Positions 19,500 through 28,344 of a stretch of DNA of 64,000 nucleotides are shown here, piece by piece. A model generated the notes under the pieces. It did not search any database, was not told the DNA's origin, and was given only the letters and a program-made list of their open reading frames with translations. The stretch spans positions 2,688,001-2,752,000 of the forward strand of contig OZ245365.1 in NCBI GenBank assembly GCA_965226495.1, written 5' to 3'. This DNA comes from Candidatus Marinacidobacterales bacterium. Lineage in GTDB: Bacteria; Acidobacteriota; Vicinamibacteria; Marinacidobacterales; DATDRI01. The translations under genes were made by a program, and so were the position numbers. The stretch's first letter is position 1. Every line of letters starts with the position of its first letter.

Positions 19500-22223
19500 T
19501 CATCTGCGCTCGAGCTCCTGGCTCCAGTTCAAGATCACCTCCAGTTCCGTAATGTCGTCCCGGGCGATCTCCTCGTGGCGCGTCGCGAAGAAGCGCTCCC
19601 CGTCAGAGGTGACGTCGTAGCCTCGCACCGGTGCGCCGCCCATCAGCGGCGCTTGGAACAAGAGCTGCGGCCGCCCGGCTGAGAATTCCGGGCGGGTTTC
19701 GATAGCGACAGCGAAGAAGTCGTTCTCTTTGCGATAGATCAGCTCCGCTCCCTGTTTCGTCCAGGCCGGCGTATCGCCTCCATTCGTGGACACCTGGTGT
19801 CGTCCGCCGGGACCGGGAAAGGGCTCGACCCACACCTCCTCGTTTCCCGTATCATCGGACGTATAGGCAATCCATGCACCATCCGGTGAGATCTCGGGAA
19901 ACTCCTCGTTCCACGACGTCTGCTTGAACGGTCTCGTCGTCTCCCCCTCGCCGAAAGTTTTGATCCAGATGTCGTGCCCGGTGCCATCCCCAGTCGTTAC
20001 GTAAGCGAGGACCTTCCCGTCCGGGGTCCAGGAGGACGGATAATGCGGGGTGTCCCCCAGCGTCAACACCTCCGTGGGCGCGCTGGTATCCGATACGCGC
20101 CAAACGGAACCGCCCCGACCGGAACCAAACGCAATTCGCTCTCCCGTTGGACTCCAGAGCGGGAAAACGCCTTCGGAAACCCGGCGCCACGCCATTCGCG
20201 TAAGGTCGACGATTTCAATAGCGGTCTCCACGCCAAGCGCGAGGAACCGGCCATCTGGAGAGAGGCGTGGTGCCCAGTAGTGGCGCGGTTCCACATCCCA
20301 AACGCTCTCGTTCCCACGACGATCCAGCTCGATGATGGAAGATTTGTGCACCGGGTACGGACCTCCCTTGACGAGGACCAGGCTCCCCGAAGACGACACC
20401 GCGAATTGGCCGGCGTTGGTATGGTTAAAAGGAATGGTGCCTCGAACGGCTTGCATGATGTTCTCGACGACGAGGGTCGGTTCACTGCTCGTTTCTCCTT
20501 TCACCGCGTCGAACGGCGCCGCCCAGAGATTCCCTTCCCGCGCGAAAACCAGGTGACCTGGCTCTACAAAACGAGCATCGGAACCCTCGCCCAGCACACG
20601 GTGTTCGCCGTCATCGTTCAACTGCTGGATCCCGATGCGACCGATGCGATCCGCCGCAGAATCGACCACGGTGAAGAGGACCGCTTCGCCATGCGGCAGG
20701 GCGTGGGGGAGACGATGCGCATATTCTCCGTCGTCACGTCGCACTTCCGTGAGCGGGGAAACCTCGCCGCCTCGCGACGGTACTTTCCACAAGCCTCCGA
20801 GAAACGTCGCGAAAACAATCTCGCCCTCGAGCGTCCAGGTGCCCCCGAAGAAGTTCGCACTCGCATCGAGCCAGCCGGGGATGAGCCTCGTGTAAGAGGC
20901 GTCGTTCTCGAACGCGGCCATCCCTACGATGGTGATGGGCGTTCCGCCGGCGGTACGTACCCTTCTCAGGCTACCGTTCGCGAAGTAGGCGACCCATTCG
21001 CCGTCGGGCGAGAAGAAGGGAGCCACGGCGTCCTCGGTGCCGGCGATGGGAGTCGCCTCCGCTCGATCGAGCTGCCGCCGATAGAGCATCGATTGCTCTC
21101 CGGTGGTCCCACTGAAGACGATCTCGCGCCCATCGGGAGAAAGGGCAAAAGCCGTCAATCGGGGCCGGCCATACGAGGTATCGCTTTGAAGCATCGTTGC
21201 GGGACGGAGTCCCATGCGTAAATGGGTGATTGCCGGTGACGGATCGACGCGAGCGCGAAAAAGCCCCCCGGCCAGAGTACCCAGCAACAATGCGCCGACG
21301 ACCGCAAACAGCCACATCTTCTTCGGAGCTTCCGGCCGGGCTTCTCTAGCGCGCGGCTCCGGGGGCTCCGTCAGAGCCTCTTCCATCTCGATCCGGGCGT
21401 CGGCGATGTCATGAAGTCGCCGATTGGCGTCCTTCTGTAGACATCGGCGCAGCACAACACGTACGCCTGGTGTCGTGGATTCGGGCAGCGCCTTCCAATT
21501 CGGATCGCGTTCTAAGATCCCGGCGATGGTGTCGGAGAGGGTGTCTCCCTGGAAGACCATGCGACCCGTGAGCGCTTCATAGAGACAGCAACCAAAAGCC
21601 CAGATGTCTGTCCGCTTGTCTACGGTTTTTCCACGGGCTTGCTCCGGGCTCATGTAGGCCGCGGTGCCGAGAATGACACCGGTCGCTGTTGCATCTCGGG
21701 TGATGGTCGGCGACTCGGACACCTCACTCTTCACGGGGTCGGCGCTCATCGCCTTGGCCAGACCGAAGTCGAGGACCTTCACTTTGCCTTCGGAGCTGAC
21801 CTTGATGTTCGCCGGTTTCAGATCGCGGTGGATGATTCCTTTCTCGTGAGCCGCCTCCACCGCTTCGGCTATCTGTTTGAAGATGGGAAGAGCGTCCTCG
21901 ACTGGCATAGGGCCGAGCCGGAGCCGCTCTGCGAGAGTTTCTCCGTCGGCGAGTTCCATGACGAGGAACTGGACTCCGTTGGATTGTTCGAAGCCGTAGA
22001 GAGTAGCGATGTTGGGATGATTCAGAGATGCGAGAAGACGCGCTTCGCGCTCGAAGCGGGCTAGGCGTTCTTCGTTCTCGGCGAAGGCTTCGGGCAGGAC
22101 TTTGATCGCAACTTCACGGCCAAGCTTGGTGTCCCGGGCGCGGTAGACCTCTCCCATTCCACCCGCGCCAATGGGATCGAGGATCTCGTACTCGGCGAGC
22201 TTGGTGCCGGGTTCGAGTGCCAT
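19500..22223 (-). CDS. Hanks-type Ser/Thr protein kinase with TM helix and TolB/PD40 beta-propeller
   Basis: GAGGMGEV, VAIK, HRDLKPAN, DFG, YMSPE; PD40-type repeats. Confidence 0.95.
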   Translation of the reverse strand: MALEPGTKLAEYEILDPIGAGGMGEVYRARDTKLGREVAIKVLPEAFAENEERLARFEREARLLASLNHPNIATLYGFEQSNGVQFLVMELADGETLAERLRLGPMPVEDALPIFKQIAEAVEAAHEKGIIHRDLKPANIKVSSEGKVKVLDFGLAKAMSADPVKSEVSESPTITRDATATGVILGTAAYMSPEQARGKTVDKRTDIWAFGCCLYEALTGRMVFQGDTLSDTIAGILERDPNWKALPESTTPGVRVVLRRCLQKDANRRLHDIADARIEMEEALTEPPEPRAREARPEAPKKMWLFAVVGALLLGTLAGGLFRARVDPSPAITHLRMGLRPATMLQSDTSYGRPRLTAFALSPDGREIVFSGTTGEQSMLYRRQLDRAEATPIAGTEDAVAPFFSPDGEWVAYFANGSLRRVRTAGGTPITIVGMAAFENDASYTRLIPGWLDASANFFGGTWTLEGEIVFATFLGGLWKVPSRGGEVSPLTEVRRDDGEYAHRLPHALPHGEAVLFTVVDSAADRIGRIGIQQLNDDGEHRVLGEGSDARFVEPGHLVFAREGNLWAAPFDAVKGETSSEPTLVVENIMQAVRGTIPFNHTNAGQFAVSSSGSLVLVKGGPYPVHKSSIIELDRRGNESVWDVEPRHYWAPRLSPDGRFLALGVETAIEIVDLTRMAWRRVSEGVFPLWSPTGERIAFGSGRGGSVWRVSDTSAPTEVLTLGDTPHYPSSWTPDGKVLAYVTTGDGTGHDIWIKTFGEGETTRPFKQTSWNEEFPEISPDGAWIAYTSDDTGNEEVWVEPFPGPGGRHQVSTNGGDTPAWTKQGAELIYRKENDFFAVAIETRPEFSAGRPQLLFQAPLMGGAPVRGYDVTSDGERFFATRHEEIARDDITELEVILNWSQELERR

Positions 22224-22226
22224 AGG

Positions 22227-24887
22227 TTAGTTGGTGGGAACGAGGCGCTTCAGCTCCTCGAGCCAGTTGAGGACAACGTTGATTTGCGTGAGGCCTGAGC
22301 CCTCTGCGGTCCGAATCATGACGAATCGGCCATCCGGCGCTACGTCGTAATTGGTGGCGGGATTTCCAGCCGACACCCCTGATAGATAACGTCCCTCGAA
22401 CAGCAAAGTCGGTTTCCCCGGAGCTAGCTCCGGCTCCGTCGAGATGGCGACCGCCATCATCTTGTCGCCGTTCCGGTAGAAGAGCTCCCGACCGTCTCGG
22501 GACCACATGGGCTCCGTACCGCCGTCGGTCGATACTTGCCACTTGCCGCCGAGGTCGGGGAAGGGCCTCACGTAGATCTCTTCTCGACCAGACTCGTTGG
22601 AGACATAGGTCAGCCAGCGGTCGTCGGGTGAGAGCATCCCGGTGTGCTCTTCGAAGGGTGTCTGAAGGAGCATCTCCGGCTCGCTCTCACCCTCCAGGCG
22701 GACCATCCCGATGTCGCGACCCGTGATGTCACTATTTTGTCTGAAGACGATCGTCTTCCCATCCGAGGAGATAGATGTGGGTACGCGGTAGGCCCCCGTC
22801 GTCAGTTGCTCGGCGGTGCCGCTTCCGTCCGCGAGCTTGGAGAAAATATTGAAGTCGCCCCCGCCTCGATTCGATCCGAAGATGACCCGTTCACCGTCTC
22901 GCGACCAGATGAACCTTATACTCGTGCCCCCAAAAGTCAGCCGGGTCAAGGTGCCGCGCCCGAGCGCGAACACCCAGACGTCATAGCCGTTTTCGCCCAC
23001 GATAGAGACGGCGAGGCGCTGGCCATCCGGTGAAAGGCGGGGGTCAAAATACCCCCGCAATCCTTCCGCCACAGGTTGCTCCACTCCGTGACGGTCGACC
23101 CAGACCAACTCGCCGGGGATCGCGAGTAAGGTGCCGGACGCGTAGAGCAGCGAACCGTCCTTGGAAAGGCTGAATTGTCCTGCGTCCCCAGCGATGATAT
23201 CCCTGCCGACATCCTCGAGGACGGGAACCGAGGAACCGGCGACCTCGAGCCGCTCGAGATCGAAGGGCATCGCCAGCAGCGAGTTCGCTCGTTGAAAGAC
23301 GATGTGACCGGTGGGGACGTAGTGAGGGTTGCTGCCGCCCTCCGCCAGAATCCGCCGCTCACCCGTTTCCAGCGACTGCACAACAATGCTTGTGTTTCGC
23401 GCGCTGCGCCAGATCGTGTAAAGCAACGCCTTGCCTCCCGGTAGAATCTCGGGCCAGCGCGGGTGCCCTTTTTCTTCGGGGTCGAGGACCGTTACGGGCT
23501 CTGGTGTGCCCCCGGAAGCGGAAACGCGGAAGAGCTCTGACCCAACACTCCGTGAAAAGAAGATCGTGTCATCGGGTCCCCAGCTTGCTCCAAAAAAGGT
23601 GACCACATTGCAGAGGGTCAACGGTGCCCCGCCGGTAATGGAAACCTTCTTGAGCTCGCCTCCAGCATGAAAACCGACCCACTGCCCGTCGGGTGAGAAG
23701 AAGGGGCCACGCGCTCCGTCGGTGCCTGGGAGGGGCGTGGCCTCCAACTGGTCGATGGGGCGCAAATGAAGCCGGGAGGTGCCGCCGCCGCTGCGGGCGA
23801 CGTACACGAGGTTCTGGCCGTCGGGTGAGATGGACAACCCGCCGATGTCGGCTACAAACTCGTCGCCCGGCGGCAGGCGGATGGCAAATCGCTTGAGGGG
23901 AAGCGGGGCGGGGCGGGTCAGGCTCCAAACGACCACGCCCGCCAAGACGGCCCCGAGGAGTACGAGGGCGAGTCCCCCCGGAATGCTTCGGCGGACCATA
24001 GAGGTTTCCGCTTTGCTTGCCGCCCTACCCCCTTCCCCAATCCACTTCACCTCGTCCATGAGGTCATGAGCCGTATGCCAACGGTCTTCCGGGTCTTTCG
24101 CAAGGCATTTCTTGACGACACGGTCGAGCGCCGCCGGAGCCACCGCGCGAAGCTCCGATACGGGGCGGGGCTCGCTCGACATGATCGCGGCGATCAAACT
24201 CGCGGTGCTGTCGCCTTCGAAAGCCTTTTTGCCCGTCACCATCTCGTAGAGCACGGCTCCGAACGCGAAGATATCCGTTCGAGCATCGGCTTCTTTGCCT
24301 TCGAGCTGCTCCGGAGCCATGTACTGGAACGTCCCGAGGATCGAGCCTTCTTTCGTAAGCGGCTGCGCTTCAGTCGGCAACGCCGATAGACCACCGGCAT
24401 TCGTTGCCGCTACCGACATCTTGGCAAGGCCGAAGTCGAGAAGCTTAGCGCCGGATTTCGTCAGCATGATGTTTCCGGGCTTCAAATCACGATGCACGAC
24501 GCCTTGACGATGGGCTTTGTCGAGAGCGTCGGCAATTTCGATTCCGTATTGCAACGCTTGGTCGAGCGGTAGCGCACCTTTCTTCAACCGATCAGCGAGG
24601 GTATCTCCTTCGATGTGCTCCATGACCATGAAGTCGATGCCGTTCTCGCTGCCGATGTCGTGAAGCGTGCATATGTTGGGATGGTTCAGGCTGGAGACGG
24701 CGCGGGCTTCTCGCTCGAATCGCTGGCGAACTTCGGGATGGCTGGCTACATGAGAGGGAAGGACTTTGATGGCAACGGTGCGGTCGAGGCGCGTGTCTTT
24801 GGCCTTGTAAACCTCACCCATGCCACCTGCCCCAAGAGGTGCGAGGATTTCATAGGGACCCAGCTTAGTGCCGGGGGTTAATGACAT
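22227..24887 (-). CDS. Hanks-type Ser/Thr protein kinase with TM helix and TolB/PD40 beta-propeller
   Basis: GAGGMGEV, VAIK, HRDLKPGN, DFG, YMAPE; SPDG repeats. Confidence 0.95.
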   Translation of the reverse strand: MSLTPGTKLGPYEILAPLGAGGMGEVYKAKDTRLDRTVAIKVLPSHVASHPEVRQRFEREARAVSSLNHPNICTLHDIGSENGIDFMVMEHIEGDTLADRLKKGALPLDQALQYGIEIADALDKAHRQGVVHRDLKPGNIMLTKSGAKLLDFGLAKMSVAATNAGGLSALPTEAQPLTKEGSILGTFQYMAPEQLEGKEADARTDIFAFGAVLYEMVTGKKAFEGDSTASLIAAIMSSEPRPVSELRAVAPAALDRVVKKCLAKDPEDRWHTAHDLMDEVKWIGEGGRAASKAETSMVRRSIPGGLALVLLGAVLAGVVVWSLTRPAPLPLKRFAIRLPPGDEFVADIGGLSISPDGQNLVYVARSGGGTSRLHLRPIDQLEATPLPGTDGARGPFFSPDGQWVGFHAGGELKKVSITGGAPLTLCNVVTFFGASWGPDDTIFFSRSVGSELFRVSASGGTPEPVTVLDPEEKGHPRWPEILPGGKALLYTIWRSARNTSIVVQSLETGERRILAEGGSNPHYVPTGHIVFQRANSLLAMPFDLERLEVAGSSVPVLEDVGRDIIAGDAGQFSLSKDGSLLYASGTLLAIPGELVWVDRHGVEQPVAEGLRGYFDPRLSPDGQRLAVSIVGENGYDVWVFALGRGTLTRLTFGGTSIRFIWSRDGERVIFGSNRGGGDFNIFSKLADGSGTAEQLTTGAYRVPTSISSDGKTIVFRQNSDITGRDIGMVRLEGESEPEMLLQTPFEEHTGMLSPDDRWLTYVSNESGREEIYVRPFPDLGGKWQVSTDGGTEPMWSRDGRELFYRNGDKMMAVAISTEPELAPGKPTLLFEGRYLSGVSAGNPATNYDVAPDGRFVMIRTAEGSGLTQINVVLNWLEELKRLVPTN

Positions 24888-24999
24888 GGCTAGCCCGTTG
24901 AAGGAGAAAATAGCCTTGCACAGGCTGAAAAGTCAATAAAGGAGAGATGGCCGACGGAATTGGGTGGGGGATTCGCCTTAGCCGTCAGGGCTTATATCG

Positions 25000-25051
25000 C
25001 CAGGGGAGGTATTCCCTTTTACGTAAGTGGCACGGTGCGGGCGGCGTGACT
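25000..25051 (-). repeat. Degenerate second copy of the 19113-19165 att-end sequence
   Basis: About 46/53 identity with one gap; the tRNA CCA part is lost. Confidence 0.8.
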
Positions 25052-25190
25052 ATCTGACCTGCTCGCCGTCCACTACGAGCTTCTCAAGCACCCAGTTTCG
25101 CTGTGTATTGGTTCAGCGGGAACGCGACATTGCGGTTAGCAGGATAACGCAGTCGAACACGTGTTGGACTGAGGCTGTTGAAACGGACGA

Positions 25191-26183
25191 TCACGCTGGT
25201 GTCTCCCGGAGTTGAGCGCGGCGTTGACGTCGAAGCTCGCGAGCCGCCTCGAGCTTAGCATCGCGTTGGGTCCAGATGATGTGTTCTCGGCCAGCGAGCT
25301 TGTCGGCGGGTGCGATGTAGCCTGTGGCGCTGTGAAGACGCTTGTCGTTGTAGTAGGTGACGAAGGACGCGACGAGGCGACGGGCGTCGTCGACGGACGC
25401 TGGAGCATTGGGCCGGATGGTCGTGGTTTTGAGCGTCTTGTGCCACGCCTCGATCTTGCCGTTGGACTGCGGGTAGTAGGGTGCGGTTCGAACGTGGGTC
25501 ATGCCTGAGAGTCGAATGAACGCCTTGAAGTCGCGAGCGATGAACTGCGGTCCGTTGTCGCTGATGATGCGAGGGCGAGCATCGGGAAACTTCTCGCGTG
25601 CTCGCTGCAGGATGGTCTCGACTTCGGACTCCTTCATCGACTCGCGGATTTCCCAATGGACAATGAAACGGCTGTAGCCGTCGAGAATCGAGCACAGATA
25701 GTAGAAGGTCCCGGCGAGGTTGAGGTACGAGATGTCGATATGCCAGTGCTTGTGAGCCCCGTCAGGCTGCACGAATCCGCTACCCTTCTTCGATGGCCGA
25801 CCATTGAAGCGATCGAGACGGCCCGCGTCCCGCAGCGTCCGGAACGCCGTCGACGGGCTCACGGCGACGACATCCTCGTCGAGCATCATGAAGCTTAGGC
25901 GACGATAGCCGTCGAGGGGATGGGCATCGAAGTAGTCGAGGATCGCCTCTCGCTCCCGCGCTTCGATCCAGTGATCTCGCGGAATCTTGCCGTTATGCTC
26001 GTGGGCGCGGCCGTAGTGGTCTTTCCACGCGTAGTATTTTCCACGGGCGACACCCAACCACGCTGCGAACCGCGTCGCCGGCAGCTCGGTTGTAGCCGAC
26101 CACTTCGTCACGAAGTCCACGACCTCGTCTCGGGTATCGGGGGGGACCCAGCGACCCGTCAGGGCTCCCCAAGTTCTTTTTTT
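25191..26183 (-). CDS. IS3 transposase OrfB (DDE/rve), reached by a -1 frameshift
   Basis: WHIDISY, ISDNGPQF, PQSNGKIE, YYNDKRLHS. Confidence 0.92.
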   Translation of the reverse strand, partial: KKRTWGALTGRWVPPDTRDEVVDFVTKWSATTELPATRFAAWLGVARGKYYAWKDHYGRAHEHNGKIPRDHWIEAREREAILDYFDAHPLDGYRRLSFMMLDEDVVAVSPSTAFRTLRDAGRLDRFNGRPSKKGSGFVQPDGAHKHWHIDISYLNLAGTFYYLCSILDGYSRFIVHWEIRESMKESEVETILQRAREKFPDARPRIISDNGPQFIARDFKAFIRLSGMTHVRTAPYYPQSNGKIEAWHKTLKTTTIRPNAPASVDDARRLVASFVTYYNDKRLHSATGYIAPADKLAGREHIIWTQRDAKLEAARELRRQRRAQLRETPA

Positions 26184-26485
26184 AGGCGTACAAACTCTTC
26201 CGACACCTCCGCGATCACGTTGTCCTTCTTCGCGAGCTTTGCCCTCAACGATTCGATCTCGCGCGCGAGCCTTTCCTCCTGCCCGTTGCTCTTGCGATGC
26301 CGTGCGCCCCCGTCGAGAGAGGCGGCCATATTCTCCATCAGCTGACGCTGCCAGTTGTAGAACACGCTCGGCTGGATGCCGTGCTCGTCGCACACGTCCG
26401 ACACGGGCTTCTTGTCCACAAGGTGCTGGCGCAGCAACGCGGCCTTTTCCTCGGCGCTGAACTTTCGGCGGGTTTGATGGCTCAT
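26159..26485 (-). CDS. IS3 transposase OrfA (HTH)
   Basis: RRKFSAEEK...VSDVCDEHGIQPSVFYNW; CCTAAAAAAAG at 26176-26186. Confidence 0.9.
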   Translation of the reverse strand: MSHQTRRKFSAEEKAALLRQHLVDKKPVSDVCDEHGIQPSVFYNWQRQLMENMAASLDGGARHRKSNGQEERLAREIESLRAKLAKKDNVIAEVSEEFVRLKKELGEP

Positions 26486-26542
26486 CTGTGACTCCTCTGG
26501 GCTCCTTATCTTGGAGCCGGTTGGTGTCACGTTTCAACTGAA

Positions 26543-27184
26543 CTAGAACAGGTCCGGGCCCAGGGCCTTCTCCCATATCGCCAGCGAACGTTGGTAAAGC
26601 GGCTCGGCCTGTGCGTACTGGCCTTGGGTGTCGTAGAGCAAGGCCAGGTTGTTCAGGCTCGTAGCCACATCGGGGTGGTCCGGGCCCAGGGCCTTCTCCC
26701 ATATCGCCAGCGAACGTTGGTAGAGCGGCTCGGCCTGCGCGTACTGGCCTTGGGTTTGGTAGAGCAAGGCCAGGTTGTTCAGGCTCGTAGCCACACCGGG
26801 GTGGTCCGGGCCCAGGGCCTTCTCCCATATCGCCAGCGAACGTTGGTAGAGCGGCTCGGCCTGTGCGTACTGGCCTTGGATTCGGTAGAGCAAGGCCAGG
26901 TTGTTCAGGCTCTCGGCCACATCGGGATGGTCCGGGCCGATGTTTTTCTCGGCTACCTCGAGGGCCTTCTTGGTGACAACAACGGCACGGTCATATTCGC
27001 CCGTACGATAAAGCTCCAGGGACTCCTGATTAAGGAGGTCCCACTCGGCCTCGCGCTGTTGCACTTCGAGCAGACTGGGGCCAGCGCCCTCGTTTGTAGG
27101 CTCAGGTTGATTCGTCCACACGCCGACGGTCAGCACCACACCCACGAGCACAACCCATAACAAGATCGTGCGTCCTGTCGTCAT
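26543..27184 (-). pseudogene. Membrane-anchored kinesin-light-chain-type TPR protein, truncated by IS3
   Basis: 42-aa repeats GPDHPDVATSLNNLALLY..QGQYAQAEPLYQRSLAIWEKAL; the stop codon lies inside the IS end. Confidence 0.85.
26551..26938. repeat. Three near-identical 126-bp tandem coding repeats
   Basis: ggtccgggcc recurs at 26551, 26677, 26803 and 26929. Confidence 0.9.
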
Positions 27185-27469
27185 TGTCTCGGGCCACCCT
27201 TATCACAAGTGGGATATTGCCCGCTACAGGTCGCCCGCCCGTGAGATGCGCGTCTGACCGGAAGTCTGACCTACGGATTGTGTGTCCGAGGCACCCTCGC
27301 AAGCTACACTGGCCTTGAGACTTCTGAGAGCTGGTGCCCATTTGGTGCCAAGTATGAAGGCGTCAAAACCCGCAAAGAAAGCCTACAAATCGCAGCAAAA
27401 GCATGGACTTACGCGCCTGGAGATATTGTCACATCCCGTGGACGAAACAGCCGATCCAACCCTCAGACT

Positions 27470-27720
27470 ACTGGCCTCGCAGGGGTATGTGCGCCGTCTG
27501 TGTGGGTCCCCTCGACCCCTCCAAAGTGCGGAAGGATTTCCAGCGGTTGCTGAAGAGGGCGGAGATACTGCGCCGCCGGGTGTATGACTCGCAGCACACG
27601 TTTGGCTCGCTGCGACTCGCTGAAGGAACCCCACTCACCTTACGTGAGCCACCAGATGGGCCACAGCTCACCGGAGACGACACTCCGCTACTACGCTCGG
27701 TGGATACCTGACACCAAGTC
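27470..27720 (+). pseudogene. Tyrosine integrase C-terminal remnant (frameshifted)
   Basis: PLDPSKVRKDFQRLLKRA...YDSQHTFGS then, in another frame, YVSHQMGHSSPETTLRYYARWIP. Confidence 0.85.
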
Positions 27721-27796
27721 TCGGTGGTTTGGAACCAAATCTGGAACCAAAGGCGATTTCGACGATGAACGATCCGCGCAAGTTGTTGGATCTACA

Positions 27797-27843
27797 TGGA
27801 GCCGGCGAGAGGATTTGAACCTCCGACCTGCTGATTACGAATC
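27797..27843 (-). mobile_element. att core: 3' half of tRNA-Thr(CGT), not a full tRNA gene
   Basis: Reverse complement gattCGTaatcagcaggtcggaggttcaaatcctctcgccggctCCA has anticodon loop, T-arm and CCA but no 5' half. Confidence 0.85.
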
Positions 27844-28344
27844 CTCTCAGGGGAAAGCTGAGAAGACCGAGCAGAACCAAGAGCGCCAAAAACGGAGAAA
27901 AAGCAAGGACTACGCGTAGTGTTCATGTCTTCCCGGTTCAGCACCTTCAGCCACGTTGGTGACCAATTGGTGACCAAATCCATCGGAGTCGGCGCGAGGG
28001 ATTTCCTGGGGACAGTGACTTCATCAGATACTTGCCCAAAAGAAACGCGGAGGATTTTAAGTCCCCGGCCCGCGCCTATTAATAATGTCACTCCCGATCA
28101 CACTTGTCACAAAATCAGGTACTTAGGGCGGTTACACGAGAACAGCCGGACTGACTCTTCACACCCATCCCCCCGGCGGGAGACACTCCGTAACCGCCTT
28201 GCCCGGTTTGCTCGAGTTCTGCTATCCTCACCAGGACTCACTCGGACTGCACAGCCCCATTCTGGTGGGGAAAATTCGCGGGCCGGCGCTCGGGAGCGTA
28301 TGAATTTTCCTATCCTTAGGTCTTCGCCTGGAATCGCTGGCAGG

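Larger units (their letters stand above)
25104..26550 (-). mobile_element. IS3-family insertion sequence (~1.45 kb)
   Basis: Imperfect terminal IRs TGTATTGGTTCAGCGGGAACGCGACA and TGTTCTAGTTCAGTTGAAACGTGACA (19/26); orfA/orfB with an A7G slippery site. Confidence 0.9.

Noticed and set aside
19974-21221. Long antisense or alternate-frame ORFs (also 38175..39395, 34694..35848, 10671..11600, 26591..27160)
   Set aside because: Shadow ORFs of well-supported genes in GC-rich DNA; no recognisable motifs
25191-26828. 545-aa ORF apparently fusing repeats to a transposase
   Set aside because: Artefact: an off-frame reading of the TPR repeats runs through the IS end into OrfB; the real transposase is OrfA/OrfB joined by frameshift
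26551-26938. 126-bp repeats as a CRISPR array or DGR template/variable repeats
   Set aside because: In-frame coding repeats without spacers; no cas or reverse transcriptase gene in the window
27797-27843. Functional tRNA-Thr gene
   Set aside because: D-arm and 5' acceptor strand are absent; context is an integrase att site
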